From NCBI GenBank assembly GCA_964016885.1, contig OZ024741.1, positions 351,478,001 through 351,542,000 of the forward strand: a stretch of 64,000 nucleotides of DNA. Reading direction: 5' to 3'. This DNA is from Eledone cirrhosa. Its lineage: Eukaryota. The notes below the pieces were generated by a model. That model saw nothing but the letters and a program-made list of their open reading frames with translations. It did no database searches and was not told the DNA's origin. The translations under genes were made by a program, and so were the position numbers. This document shows positions 28,320-42,477 of this stretch, piece by piece (the first letter of the stretch is position 1; each line of letters starts with the position of its first letter).

Positions 28320-31015
28320 TTGTCCAGCCCCATATACATGTAACCCTTATGTTTATATTATTTACTGTATTATATATATATAACATTGTCAGTCCAGCCC
28401 CACATGTATTGTAACCCCCTATGTTTATAATGTTTACTGTATTATATATAACATTGTCAGTCCAGCCCCACATGTATTGTAACCCCCTATGTTTATATTA
28501 TTTACTGTATGGTAACATTGTCAGTCCAACCCCACATGTATTGTAACCCCCTATGTTTATAATGTTTACTGTATTATATATAACATTGTCAGTCCAGCCC
28601 CACATGTAATGTAACGCCCTAAGTTTATATTATTTACTGTATGGTAACATTGTCAGTCCAACCCCACATGTATTGTAACCCCCTATGTTTATAATGTTTA
28701 CTGTATTATATATAACATTGTCAGTCCAGCCCCACATGTAATGTAACGCCCTAAGTTTATATTATTTACTGTATGGTAACATTGTCAGTCCAGCCCCACA
28801 TGTAATGTAACCCCTATGTTTATAATGTTTACTGTATTATATATAACATTGTCAGACTAGCCCCATATGTAATGTAACCCCCTATGTTTATAATGTTTAC
28901 TGTATTATATATAACATTGTCAGTCCAGCCCCACATGTATTGTAACCCCTATGTTTATAATGTTTACTGTATTATATTTAACATTGTCAGTCCAGCCCCA
29001 CATGTAATGTAACCCCTATGTTTATAATGTTTACTGTATTATATATAACATTGTCAGTCCAGCCCCACATGTATTGTAACCCCTATGTTTATAATGTTTA
29101 CTGTATTATATATAACATTGTCAGTCCAGCCCCACATGTAATGTAACCCCCTATGTTTATAATGTTTACTGTATTATATATAACATTGTCAGTCCAGCCC
29201 CACATGTAATGTAACGCCCTATGTTTATAATGTTTACTGTATTATATATAACATTGTCAGTCCAGCCCCACATGTAATGTAACCCCCTATGTTTATAATG
29301 TTTACTGTATTATATATTACATTGTCAGTCCAGCCCCACATGTATTGTAACCCCCTATGTTTATAATGTTTACTGTATTATATATAACATTGTCAGACTA
29401 GCCCCATATGTAATGTAACCCCCTATGTTTATAATGTTTACTGTATTATATATAACATTGTCAGTCCAGCCTCACATGTATTGTAACCCCCTATGTTTAT
29501 AATGTTTACTGTATTATATATAACATTGTCAGTCCAGCCCCACATGTAATGTAACCCCCTATGTTTATAATGTTTACTGTATTATATATAACATTGTCAG
29601 TCCAGCCCCACATGTATTGTAACCCCCTATGTTTATAATGTTTACTGTATTATATATAACATTGTCAGTCCAGCCCCACATGTATTGTAACCCCTATGTT
29701 TATAATGTTTACTGTATTATATATAACATTGTCAGTCCAGCCCCACATGTATTGTAACCCCTATGTTTATAATGTTTACTGTATTATATATAACATTGTC
29801 AGTCCAGCCCCACATGTAATGTAACCCCCTATGTTTATAATGTTTACTGTATTATATATAACATTGTCAGTCCAGCCCCACATGTATTGTAACCCCTATG
29901 TTTATAATGTTTACTGTATTATATATAACATTGTCAGTCCAGCCCCACATGTAATGTAACCCCCTATGTTTATAATGTTTACTGTATTATATATAACATT
30001 GTCAGTCCAGCCCCACATGTAATGTAACCCCCTATGTTTATAATGTTTACTGTATTATATATAACATTGTCAGTCCAGCCCCACATGTAATGTAACCCCT
30101 ATGTTTATAATGTTTACTGTATTATATATAACATTGTCAGTCCAGCCCCACATGTATTGTAACCCCTATGTTTATAATGTTTACTGTATTATATATAACA
30201 TTGTCAGTCCAGCCCCACATGTAATGTAACGCCCTAAGTTTATAATGTTTACTGTATTATATTTAACATTGTCAGTCCAGCCCCACATGTAATGTAACCC
30301 CCTATGTTTATAATGTTTACTGTATTATATATAACATTGTCAGTCCAGCCCCACATGTAATGTAACGCCCTATGTTTATAATGTTTACTGTATTATATAT
30401 AACATTGTCAGTCCAGCCCCACATGTAATGTAACCCCCCTATGTTTATAATGTTTACTGTATTATATATAACATTGTCAGTCCAGCCCCACATGTATTGT
30501 AACCCCCTATGTTTATAATGTTTACTGTATTATATATAACATTGTCAGTCCAGCCCCATATGTAATGTAACCCCCTATGTTTATAATGTTTACTGTATTA
30601 TATATAACATTGTCAGTCCAGCCTCACATGTATTGTAACCCCCTATGTTTATAATGTTTACTGTATTATATATAACATTATCAGTCCAGCCCCACATGTA
30701 ATGTAACCCCCTATGTTTATAATGTTTACTGTATTATATATAACATTGTCAGTCCAGCCCCACATGTAATGTAACCCCCTATGTTTATAATGTTTACTGT
30801 ATTATATATAACATTGTCAGTCCAGCCCCACATGTAATGTAACCCCCTATGTTTATAATGTTTACTGTATTATATATAACATTGTCACTCCAGCCCTACA
30901 TGTAATGTAACCCCCTATGTTTATAATGTTTACTGTATTATATATAACATTGTCAGTCCAGCCCTACATGTAATGTAACGCCCTATGTTTATAATGTTTA
31001 CTGTATTATATATAA
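28320..31015. repeat. Tandem satellite, ~68-bp unit, about 40 copies
   Basis: Unit acattgtcagtccagccccacatgtawtgtaaccccctatgtttataatgtttactgtattatatata; period 68 (28383 to 28451); no unique spacers. Confidence 0.97.
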
Positions 31016-31205
31016 CAAGCATGTCAAACATGCGGCCCTTTACAAGCACACCTGCGTCCCGCACAAATGTTTTTATAGCGCGAGCGTAATATCAAATAAA
31101 AAAGATATTAGTTGTAATGTGGGCAATTAGTTGTCATGTATGGCCCTCAGACAACATATATGTGACCCATGTGTCCCTTGAGGGACCCTCAGTTTGACAT
31201 GCCTG
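31016..31205. mobile_element. 190-bp hAT-type MITE with 8-bp target site duplication
   Basis: TIRs caagcatgtcaaac/gtttgacatgcctg; ATATATAA at 31008-31015 and 31206-31213; partial second copy at 25215-25293. Confidence 0.9.
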
Positions 31206-31214
31206 ATATATAAC

Positions 31215-33500
31215 ATTCTCTATCCCTAATGCCTCGACCACAACTGGCATCACTTTCACATTATCCTCTTACATTCCATAGTCTTGCCAGCTCCACTTTC
31301 AATTCAAAGTACTTGGTGATTTTTCTCAACCTCTTTACTCGCAATATTCGTGTCATTTAATACGGCTATATCAATGATCTGACATTATTTGTCTTTCTTG
31401 TTCGATGACAATGCCCAGTCGGTGATGTTCAATTACTCTATCAGTTTGAAAATCATAATCCCAGAATATCGTTGCTTTCCCATCCTCCTGCATTATTTTA
31501 CAAAGCACATGTTCATACCATTCTTCTATTTCTTCGTATTGGTATTTACGACATAATAGCCAATGAAAGTACAAATAGATCTTATCATGACGGCGCTTAT
31601 TTTTTTATTGCGCAAGGCTCTCACATCCACTAACCAAGTAGGTTACATTTTCCACATTCTTTTCATAGAGTTTGTATTTCTGGGTGCCAGAAGTTTTGTA
31701 GAGGTTATACTTCACCATTCAGAAGAAAATATGTAGTGTTGTCAACAATATCAAACATCCAAGAATGAGGCATCATATTATATGTCTTTTTAAAGTCAAT
31801 CCAAGTAATAGACATATTGATATGATGTCTTTTACAATGCATCAAAACTGTCTTATCGATATTCAGGTGACTTTGGTACCCTGAGATCTTTTCCTACATC
31901 CTTTTTATTCCATTGGTAATATTCCTTTCTCCAAAAGAAAAGTGTATGTCTTCTCTGCAAATATCCTAGTACGTAACTTCCATATTATGTTCAGGTATGC
32001 TATAGGACGGTAGTTTCCACAACATTCTTCTATTTTTTATTACAAGTGTTATCATTCCCGTTACCCCCCAAGAGGGAACTGCACCTCTCTGGACACATTC
32101 ATTCAATTGAGTTATTATTCTTTCATGAACTGCATTACATCTCTTCAACCAATAGCCGTGAATCCCATCTCGACCAGGAGCTTTCCAGTTTGGTACTTTG
32201 GCCACCTCATCCTTCACATCGACTGTGCTTATGATAATGTTCTTTGTATATTTCCTCCTCGCAATTCTGTCTTGATAGTTTCTATCCACTCTGCATCCCT
32301 TCTATGCATTGTAGTGTTCCCCATATCCTATTCCAGAATCCTGTGGCCTGATTATCATTAGGAACAATATCCTTCCCATTGTCTCCTTCTAAAGTGCAGA
32401 AGAATTGATTTGGATTATTTTTTAACAATCTATTCTCCTCAAACTGCTCATTTCTGTTCACATATCTTCTTCTTTTCTGGCTTTTTGACAAAATCCTCCG
32501 CTAAATCGTTCCACTACTCTGTAGAATCCATTCTTCTGTATTTTATACTTCTTAACTAATGCCTTTCGATCAGTCTTTTTTCCGTTTTTCTATTTTCCTC
32601 TAAACCATTGCTCAATTTTACTTAGATTTTGACTTAACTGCATTGTGTCATTTTCAGTGCGTTGTTTCCACTGTTTTCGTGTTTTTTTATTGCCTTACTC
32701 TGCTTTGTTTTCGTCAGTTGTAATTTCTCCTCAAGAAGTAGTGAAAGAACTCAGATAAGATTCCTTGTTTACGTTATGTCCTCTGTCTGGATATGGGGTA
32801 CGACAACATTTATCTCTTTTGTAATTGCATTTATCATACTCCTATTTTCCCTTCTGACATTCATCGGGTTTTTTTCTTTAGGGACATTCATCAAATCTAT
32901 AAGCCGCGGCTGTGTATTTCAAGAGAATCATTATTCAATTGACTTCCTCCTCTTGTATCATCATCCTCTGCTTCCTCCTCTAGTATCGTCGTCCTCTGCA
33001 GTATTAGGGTTCAATCTATAACCGTCATCTTCAGCATCCATAACAGTCTCATCATAATTTACCTGTTCCTGCTGTCTACTTTTTTCACTGACTTCGACTG
33101 TAGAAATGGCTTCAGTTTCTACTATAACCTCCCTCTGATACTCACCTGCAGGTTCCATTAAATGTTCACTAATCCGAGATATTTCTACTTCAGTAAACCA
33201 ACCTTTCTTCCTAATCACCCTCACTTAATTCATTAGTTTACTTTCTGATATTGAAAACATGTCCTTTTCCGTCCAAAAGTCCAAAGTACGTCGCCCTGCT
33301 CTTCGGCTTCCTTCCAATTTTATAATATTCAATGAGTGTAACGTATTCTTCTTTCGTCCACTTGTGTCAAGCTGTGTGCACATTTTTTGTGTGATCTGTT
33401 GCTTGGTAATGACCGTCCGGAACCAGATCACTTCCCCTGTTAAGGGGGGCTCTAAACATGCCGGGCGAAAGACATCATCATTATCGTTTAACGTCTAGCC
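31215..33500 (-). mobile_element. Old, internally deleted R4/Dong-type retrotransposon
   Basis: VPNWKAPGRDGIHGYWLK, RHDKICLYFHWLLC, IFWDYDFQTDRVIEHHR, N-terminal VIRKKGWFTEVEI. Confidence 0.82.
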
Positions 33501-33619
33501 ATTCACCGTAATTGGTTCCAGCTTCATTCAAGCCGTTAATTATTTCATTATTGTTTTACGTCATGATTCCATGAAATGGTTCGTTGGAGTTTCCTTTCCA
33601 CGGGTAGTACGATCGGTGG

Positions 33620-34411
33620 AAACTCCAACTTTGCGTTCTGTAGAGGGTTAGTGGATAAAAGCAACGACGTTCTTGGGGAAACTCAATGCATCGACTTTCT
33701 GGAGGACCTTCGGCCAAGGGCTCATGGATGATTTCCAGAAATCCCTGGCCTGACAGTGTTACCGGGAGGCTTTGCCAGTTTGAGATAAACTCTACAGGCA
33801 TGGAAGTCCGTCAGTCGATACTGTCCGAGATTCGCGAAGAGCGACGAAACCGTCATGCACGCACTCGTCCAGTGCCCGAGCATTGCTGACTTATGGGTTT
33901 AGGTCGAACACCTGCTGTCGCGTGTGGGGCAAATCTGTAAAGATAGCCCGCCACCTTCCTTTAGCTAGGAAGGGAAAGCTGTTTTTATCTGTCTGGTGGC
34001 CATGGTGAAAGAGGTTGTATGGTGAACACGTCTGAAATTGTTGAAGACAAGCACTTTCTTCTTCGGCGCAGCCCTGATTAACTTTTTCAGGTTTCACTTG
34101 ATGAGGAAAATTAGGATAGAGATAGAAGTGCTGCCTTCTAGCAAGTTTGTTGAAAAGTATGAGAGAGGCGAGCATGTCCCGAGTGAATGGGCGTGCTCTG
34201 AGTGTAGATTGGAGGAGGATAACTGGGACAGGGCATTTGCATTAGAGATCAGGGTACCTGAGGTTTTATGGGTTTTTTTTCATTAGTGCCCTCGAACTTT
34301 TCCCTATCGAGGAATTCCCATTAATAAAATTGTTATTGTTACCTTTCTTCTATTATCGTTAAACCTGTTTACATGCGAAACCCACACTCACATACAAACT
34401 CACACACACAA

Positions 34412-34503
<92 letters not shown>

Positions 34504-34580
34504 ACTCTATGTTTTCGTCCTGTGTCGTCCTAATGCTTTTCTTTGTGGTGAATAAAGAAATCCTCATTATTATTATTATT
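33620..34580 (+). mobile_element. Degraded 3' part of Tx1-like LINE
   Basis: Similar to 14650-15600 (FQKSLA, HALVQCPSIADLW, LINFFRFHL); ends aataaagaaatc...(att)n. Confidence 0.85.
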
Positions 34581-34584
34581 GTAT

Positions 34585-35340
34585 AGGCGGTGGATTGGCA
34601 GTATCGGTAGTCCCTTTACGGTCTGAGTTCAAATCCCGCCGAGGTTAACTTTGCCGTTCATCCTTACGGGGTCGATAAAATAAAGTACCAGTAACGTACT
34701 GGGATAATTGCTGGCCTTGTGCCAAAAGTAGAAACAATTATTATTATTAAATTCCGCTAAGATTAGCTTTACTTTTCATTCTTACGGGGTCGGTAAAATA
34801 AAGTACCAGTAACGCACTGGGGTCGATTTAATCGACTTTGCCCTTCCCCAAAATTGCTGGCCTTCTGCCTATAGTAGAAATCATTGTTCTTCTTATTATT
34901 TATGGTGGATGATTGGCAGTATTGGTAGAGCATCGGACAATACGCTTCGCGGCATAGAATTACGTCCCTTTACGTTCTGATATCAAATCCCACCGAGATT
35001 AGCTTTACCTTTCAACCTTACGGGGTCGATAAAGTAAAATACTAGTAATGCACTGGGGTTGATTTAATCGACTTTCCCCTTCCCCCAAAATTGTTGGCCT
35101 TGTGCCTAAATCAGAAACCATTATTATCATTATTACATCATAGGGCGGTGGATTGGCAGTATCGGTAGAGGGTCGGACGCCATGCTTTGCAGCATAGAGT
35201 TACGCCCCTTTATGGTCTGAGTACAAATCACGCCGAGGTTAACTTTGCCTTTCATCTTTACGGGGTCGATAAAATAAATTACCAGTAATGCACTGGGATA
35301 ACTGCTGGCCTTGTGCCAAAAATAGAAACAATTATTATGA
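34585..35340 (+). mobile_element. Head-to-tail array of four family A SINEs
   Basis: Copies start near 34585, 34750, 34903 and 35142, each after the previous (ATT)n tail. Confidence 0.85.
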
Positions 35341-35713
35341 CATATGTAAATATCGTATGTGGGCACAATTGTGCAATGATTTCTCTCTTTCTTTCTTTTC
35401 TTTCTCTCTCGGGGGTTGAGGAAGCGTCTTTATTGTCCAACGTTACCAAGGTCATATTCAAGGTCATACAACAGTAGCAGCAACAGCAATAACAACAACA
35501 ACTAGACAAATATTGGTTGTTATTGTTAATGTTGTTGTTTAATCTCGGGTCAGCCCTTATCCAGTAAATCTGTGTGATGACGTAGTACATCTATGACTAC
35601 ATTGTCTAATGCAATTACATTGTGGAGGTGTCATTTTTGCCATTCAAATTGACACACGCGCGTACACACACAAACCGTTAACATTCATTTACATTTATCT
35701 TTTATTTCTTGGT

Positions 35714-35754
35714 GTCAAAATTTTCGTCGCACTATATGCGACCTGGTCACTAAC
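35714..35754 (-). ncRNA. Minimal hammerhead with G3:C8 core (GUGACCA)
   Basis: gtta GTGACCA g gtcgca-tatag-tgcgac GAA aatt T tgac, AATAAA 7 nt downstream. Confidence 0.7.
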
Positions 35755-37552
35755 TTATTTCTACTGCAACTCTATCACCTAGAAGAAAATAGTATAGTTA
35801 AGTTTTTCTATGTTTTTCAACGGCTAAAATGACATGGTGGTCTCAGAATAAATCACTTGCCAGACAAGTACAACTCTAATATAATATTTCCCTCCTTTTA
35901 TTGCCGTTCTTGTGGTTTAGTCTAAGGTTAACCCTGATCTATCGGATCTATGCAGAAAGACTGTCTCGCCATAACCATTCCATCTCTTACCAGCATGACA
36001 AACCAGAAGTATAAGGGGTGATGATAACGATGACAACGATGACCACGACAGTGATGATGATGTTGATGATGATGACGAGTATGTCTAGGACTATATTATC
36101 CAATGTTATATATTTAGAATGTTTAAAGAAGACTGACATGCTATAAACAGCAGTCAAATTCTCTCAAATCACACTTAACCGTATCAGTAAGGAATGATAC
36201 ACCGACTGATGTAATAATGGTTTCTTATATAGGCACAAGGCCAGCAATTTTGGAGGAGGGGAAAGTCGATTAAATCGACCCCAGTGCGTTACTGGTACTT
36301 TATTTTATCGACCCTGTAAGGATGAAAGGCAAAGTTAACCTCGGCGGGATTTGAACTCAGATCATAAAGGGCCGTAACTCTATGCTGCAAGGCATGGTGT
36401 CCGATTCTCTACCGCCCTGACTGATGTATTAATAGATATATAAAATATACAGGATGGTTACAACAACAACACCTTTGATTATAAGTCTGATCATCCGGAG
36501 CTGACCCATGACTAAGAGCACCCTTAATGTAATACTCAGTGAAAATCATGTAACAAAGCTGAATCTTTTAATTACAGCTACAATCCATATGTCACCGAAT
36601 TTTGTTCATAAGGCTTGGGTCTTCCCGAGGCTTTGGTAAAGGTACTTGCCATAAGGCCGTGCCGTGAGAACAAACTCAGGGCTTTCTGAATGCGAGGCGA
36701 AGTTAATAACCTCCACTCAAACCTGTGTCCCCAATAACAACCGGTATTTCTGTTGTTGCTGAACCTCTGTCTGTTTTGACGGCCAGTGTTCTAGTTGTTC
36801 AAACAACGAAACATCCTGCGTGTGGAATTAACGTGTGAGTGGCTGAACATTACATAAACACGTGTACCCTTAAGGTGATTCTCAGGAAGATTCAGCACAC
36901 GGTGTGTGACAGGGCTAGTCTTTTGGATCACATGTGCAATTTAATGGCACTTGATTTATAGAGCCGAGGGGTAATGACAACGTCGATTTGATGGTGGAGG
37001 GGGAGGTGGAAAGCAGAACAGTACTATATGATACTCCAGCACACACGTTTCTGTCACTTCAGCAATTGTAATATGTCTGCATGAGTGCTTTTTGCTGGCT
37101 TAGTGGACTGGAGTAACGTGAAATAAAGTGACATGCTCAAGGACACAATACACCTTCTAGTCCAGGTATAGAGCCCATGAACTTATGATCATAAGTTGAA
37201 TACTCTAACCACTGGGTCACATATCAAATACAATTATGTAAACAGCTATAGGAAAGAGTGTTATTATCCAATGAACAGAATGAAGTTAAAGCTGTACTAA
37301 TATGTGAGTAAGCATTAAACATGAAACTGGCTGTACATTTAGCAGATATATTATATAACTGTTTACAGCAGGGATTGCATCTGGTTTTATTGACTTTTGC
37401 CTACATAAAGAGAAATTTGTTTAATGTTTTGATATTTGATTACACTTCTTTGAACTCTACTATAAAAGCTATTATAAAAGATAGTAGACATACATATACA
37501 CACATATACGCCACACACACACACACACTTACACACACATATACACACAGAC

Positions 37553-37634
<82 letters not shown>

Positions 37635-37719
37635 TGAGACAGTAAACAAAAAACAAAAAAACAACGTGGAAGCGAAGAGGCAGTACAAATGGTAATATTA
37701 GTTTCACGCTTGAGAGTGG

Positions 37720-37818
<99 letters not shown>

Positions 37819-38347
37819 TATATCTAAACTATAATAAAATAAGAAGTGCGGGACTGCGTACGGTTTATAATTTTTTATCCCATTAGTAAAATAAGTTGGA
37901 TTACTTTGAATAAATAATTGTTTCTACTTTAGGCACAAGGCCAGCAATTACCCAGTGCATTACTGGTACTTTATTTTATCGACCCCGTACTTTGAATAAA
38001 TAATGAATGAATATTACATAATTTATCTACTAAATTTCGTGGCTGTTCATTACATATATTTTATTATTTATTTAAAGATTCACTTCTTTAAAATTTTCAA
38101 ATGTCAACACTTCCGGTGGCGATCGCTTAAATAAACATATTAATTTTCTGTCACTAATTTTCTCCTAATGTAGTTTATATATAATATCGTCTTTCTTTTA
38201 ATGTATCATGGATTACGTTACTGATTACATAAGACAGTCTTCGTTCAATTTCTGTGTATATTGTCAATTACGATTTTTTTTTATGTATCATATCTACATG
38301 TATATACGTATACTTGCGTATAATATCAATATACACACTACACATGC

Positions 38348-38385
38348 CAGCAGAAAACCGCCCGAAGGGTGGTTTTTCTGCTAGT
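38348..38385 (+). mobile_element. Possible Helitron 3' terminus
   Basis: Hairpin accgccc-gaa-gggtggt, 7 nt, then CTAG followed by T; no 5' end or Rep/helicase seen. Confidence 0.4.
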
Positions 38386-38471
38386 ATATATATATCAGAA
38401 AAGGTATGGTAAAATACCAGGTGGACCATAACCCACCAGAGTACTCAATACTTGAGTTAGTAGAGTGGGTA

Positions 38472-38571
38472 ATATGAAAAGATTCAGGACCCCAATGGCT
38501 GAGCTCCGGCCCTTTCGACAGCTGTCGAAACGGCCGGAGCTTAGCTGTCGGGGTCCTGTATTTTTTCATAT
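38472..38571. repeat. Loopless fold-back palindrome in a PLE-like cassette (38395-38575)
   Basis: Centre cag|ctg at 38521/38522; left arm plus extension recurs at 45213-45333. Confidence 0.85.
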
Positions 38572-39889
38572 ATATATATATAAGGCCCGGGTTCAATCTG
38601 GTGAAACCACAGTAAGTAAGGTACTCAATACATTAGTAGAGTCTAAACATCAAATTTAGTATAGAAATGGCTTCTACAGGACTAGAACTGTTTCATTCGA
38701 AAGAAATCATCAGCGCTTTCCTTATGATTTCTTTGAAAAGGTGGTCCCTTACGTGCTTCTGTGTACAGAGAAATAACTTAAATTGTTTACATTTCATTCT
38801 TTTCACGGTGAAAGCTTCTAGTTAAAAGCAATGTGTTATATCTACATAAGGAAAGATAAAGGAAATAAAATGCGCCAATCATCAGACCGAACAAAGGAAA
38901 ATATGTTTCTATTGGTCTTTCCCTAGTTTCTATTATTTACCGGAAGAGATATCCTAAAACAACTTGTCTGTCTATTTAACAATTGTATATCAGGTTAAGG
39001 CGGAGACATTTTATTGACCCCGTAATGATGAAAGATTGGAACTCAGAATGTAAATGGCCGTAACTCTACGCTACAAAGCAAGGTATCCAACGCTCTACCG
39101 ATACTGCCAATCCACCGCCTTAACGAGTGATTTAGTAATAATTGTTTCTACTTTTAACATCAGATAAGAATGCTTTATGGTATTTGTTCTGGCTCTCTGC
39201 TCTCTGAGTTCAAATACCGCCGAGGTCAACTTTGCCTTTCATCCTTTCGAGGTCAATAACAATATGCACCAGTCTAGTACTGTGGTCGATTCTTCTTCTA
39301 CATCTCTTTCTCATTTCCTCTCTTTCACTTTCTATCTTTCTCTGGGAAAAATCTGCTGTACTCAGGCCTGGAGAGGAGATGGGCTTCGCCAGGCTTAAAA
39401 TACCCAAGAAACGCCGTATGTCAATACATACATATCAGGTTAATGCCAAATTAATTATGGTTTTTAACCATAAGCTTTAAAGCAATCTATCTTAGCTCAG
39501 AATAAATGTTTGTAATCAAATTAATAACTCTTAAATGTATACATTCTTACCAACAGATTCCAAGCTGGTTTAATCCGGCTGCACATAATTCGGGAGTCCA
39601 TGAACCAGGGACCGGCATCAGGATATTTAATGTCCTAGAATAGCCCTATAGGGTGTGCCTTTTTCTCCAGTCGCGAGCCTCATTCTTGCAAAGTAAGTTC
39701 AACATTGCTTTTGACATGTTCTGACCACATTAAGAAATGTTTTACTACACAGACCCCATTTACCCCCGTCTAGTAATTCATATCACTTATTCTTATTCTT
39801 GCACCACGAGAATCGGACTCACAATCTCACGATTGCAACACCAACACTCTAGCCACTAAGCCATGCGCCTTTACACACATACATATGTA

Positions 39890-39993
<104 letters not shown>

Positions 39994-40076
39994 TGTGTGT
40001 GTGTCTGTGTGTGTGTCTGTGTGTGTCTGTGTCTGTGTGTGTATAATATAGGAGGGACACACAAGATAAAAACCTA

Positions 40077-40119
40077 GTCCCTGAGGAGGTTACAGAATGT
40101 GTGACGAAAGAGATTTGAC
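40077..40119 (+). ncRNA. Minimal hammerhead, same family as 63107-63149
   Basis: gtcc CTGAGGA g gttaca-gaatg-tgtgac GAAA gaga TT tgac; mismatches in stems I and III. Confidence 0.65.
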
Positions 40120-40470
40120 AGTATATAAACAACCTTCCATGCGAAAAAGTATAACAAATATATATATATATATATATATACAGAGAAAGAGAGAGAGAGA
40201 AATTATGATTTTATAGTTTTTAACTAGTAAGACATTATTCAGCAGAGTACGTAGAGTGTAAATATATTACAGATTCGGGGCCCAACTCTCTAATATATAT
40301 ATATATAAAAGAGAGATAAACACAGACATATACATATATGTGTTCAAATCGTAAGGGACCAAGTTCGCTAAGGTGAAAAAAATACTAACTATAGACAATA
40401 GGGTTTGCCAGACTCAATTTAAGAATAAATCAAGAAAATAAATACAAACCGGAATTGTGGTAACTACCGA

Positions 40471-40550
40471 TCACCCATACAGCGTTTGGCTATGCTGCTT
40501 CGCAAATTAATTGAGAAGAGAATTACCAATTCTTGCTCGTCAGTGGGTGA
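40471..40550 (-). ncRNA. Full-size type I hammerhead with A15.1G
   Basis: tcaccca CTGACGA gcaa...ttgc GAA gcagc-loop-gctgt A tgggtga; 7-bp stem I. Confidence 0.75.
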
Positions 40551-40843
40551 AAATTAGTAAACTCCTCACTTCTATGAATATCAGTGTGCGTAAATATAAT
40601 AACGCACATGGTATTAGAACTTATCGTGTCTCACAAACTCATACCACTAAAAATAGCAGCCAAGTTTACTCGACATTTAAATTAGCTCGACAAATTAACG
40701 TAGCCGAATATATCAAAGGTATATATTGAGTTTATCTCTCTTGTATATTCAATTATGACATACGGCTCGGAAAAATCTCTTTCTTTCCTAGAGCTATTTT
40801 ATTGTAAGAGACTATTTTGAGTTTCTAACTCAATATATACCTT

Positions 40844-40947
<104 letters not shown>

Positions 40948-41705
40948 GGGGGGTGTATGTGTGTGTGTGTGTGTGTGTGTATACAGTGGCGGGCTGGGTC
41001 TAAAAATATTGGTTGCCAGGAGATGAAGGGAGCCCACCTACATATAGAATGCTATCATTTAATTCTTATAACGAATAAATAACATTTTCAAAAAATACAT
41101 AAGTGGAAACAAAACAGTGCAATCAAACTTTTGCGGAAAAATGTCTTACCTTCTCCAATAAAATATATTATGTATTTTGCGAAATCCAGAGACTTTCAAT
41201 AATGACTAGAAGTCGATCCTAAATATTACTAATAGTTCTAGGAAAGCCATGAACGACACCACATCTTTTAACTATGATTTTGAAAGTAGGTTTATAATTA
41301 TCAATTTTCATTATATTTCTGTAGCTGTCTCGGTGGCCTAGTTGGGGGAATCATAGAGGGTGGTTTACCTGGTCTGAAGTTCGATCCTGATCGAGAATAG
41401 GGTTCCCGGTAAACCTTTTCAGTTTTTTTTAACCCAAGGCCAGGGTCTCCACCGTCCCTAGTACCTACCGCTAGGCCACAGAGACAACTACGAAACTCTT
41501 ATGAAAATTCCTACTTATAAATCTACTTTCAAAATTTTCAAAAAAAAAATGATGTAGTGTCGTTCATGTCTTTCTTAATGTTATTACTCCTACTTAAGGT
41601 CGACTTCTAAATCATTTGGGTGTTCCATAAACTACATCCTCGTTTTGTTTCTCATCTATCTAGACTACATTTTAACCTGTAATCCATGTTTCATTTCTGT
41701 TGCAC

Positions 41706-41806
<101 letters not shown>

Positions 41807-42326
41807 GTGATATTTGAATCTACTATCATTTGGGCTTACCTTATTCCTATATATATGTTTTTGAATGTCAGTTAGATTCAAACTTACAATGATTGTCATT
41901 ATATATATATATATATATATACATATATATATACATATACACATATATATAAATATATATATGCGTGTGTGTGTATGTGTGTGTGCGCGTGTGTGTATAT
42001 ATATATATATATATATAATTAGGAGACGAAACAAGTCGAATAGAACGGACATAGTTTCGGACGTTTCCTCACTCACTCAGTATTATGAAAATTCGAACCC
42101 AGCTGGCCAGAGTGCACACTTTCGATAAACACAGAGGGAAACAGCTTCGTGTGGGTAAGATGATACGGTACCCGGACTGCTATGGCGATTTCCACAGTCC
42201 TGAGCTGTGGTTGTGCACCGAAAGGTGCAGTAAAGTGCAGAATATTAGGTAATGATAGTACACATTACGTAATTCGGCGTGGAACTGTTTCATCAGCGAA
42301 AGGACGCCTCTCTGTTTAATAAATGC

Positions 42327-42425
<99 letters not shown>

Positions 42426-42477
42426 TGTGTGTTTCTTTATACATACTAACATACATACATACATACATACATAAAAA

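Noticed and set aside
28320-31015. CRISPR-like array
   Set aside because: Contiguous near-identical units, no unique spacers, no cas genes, eukaryotic context.
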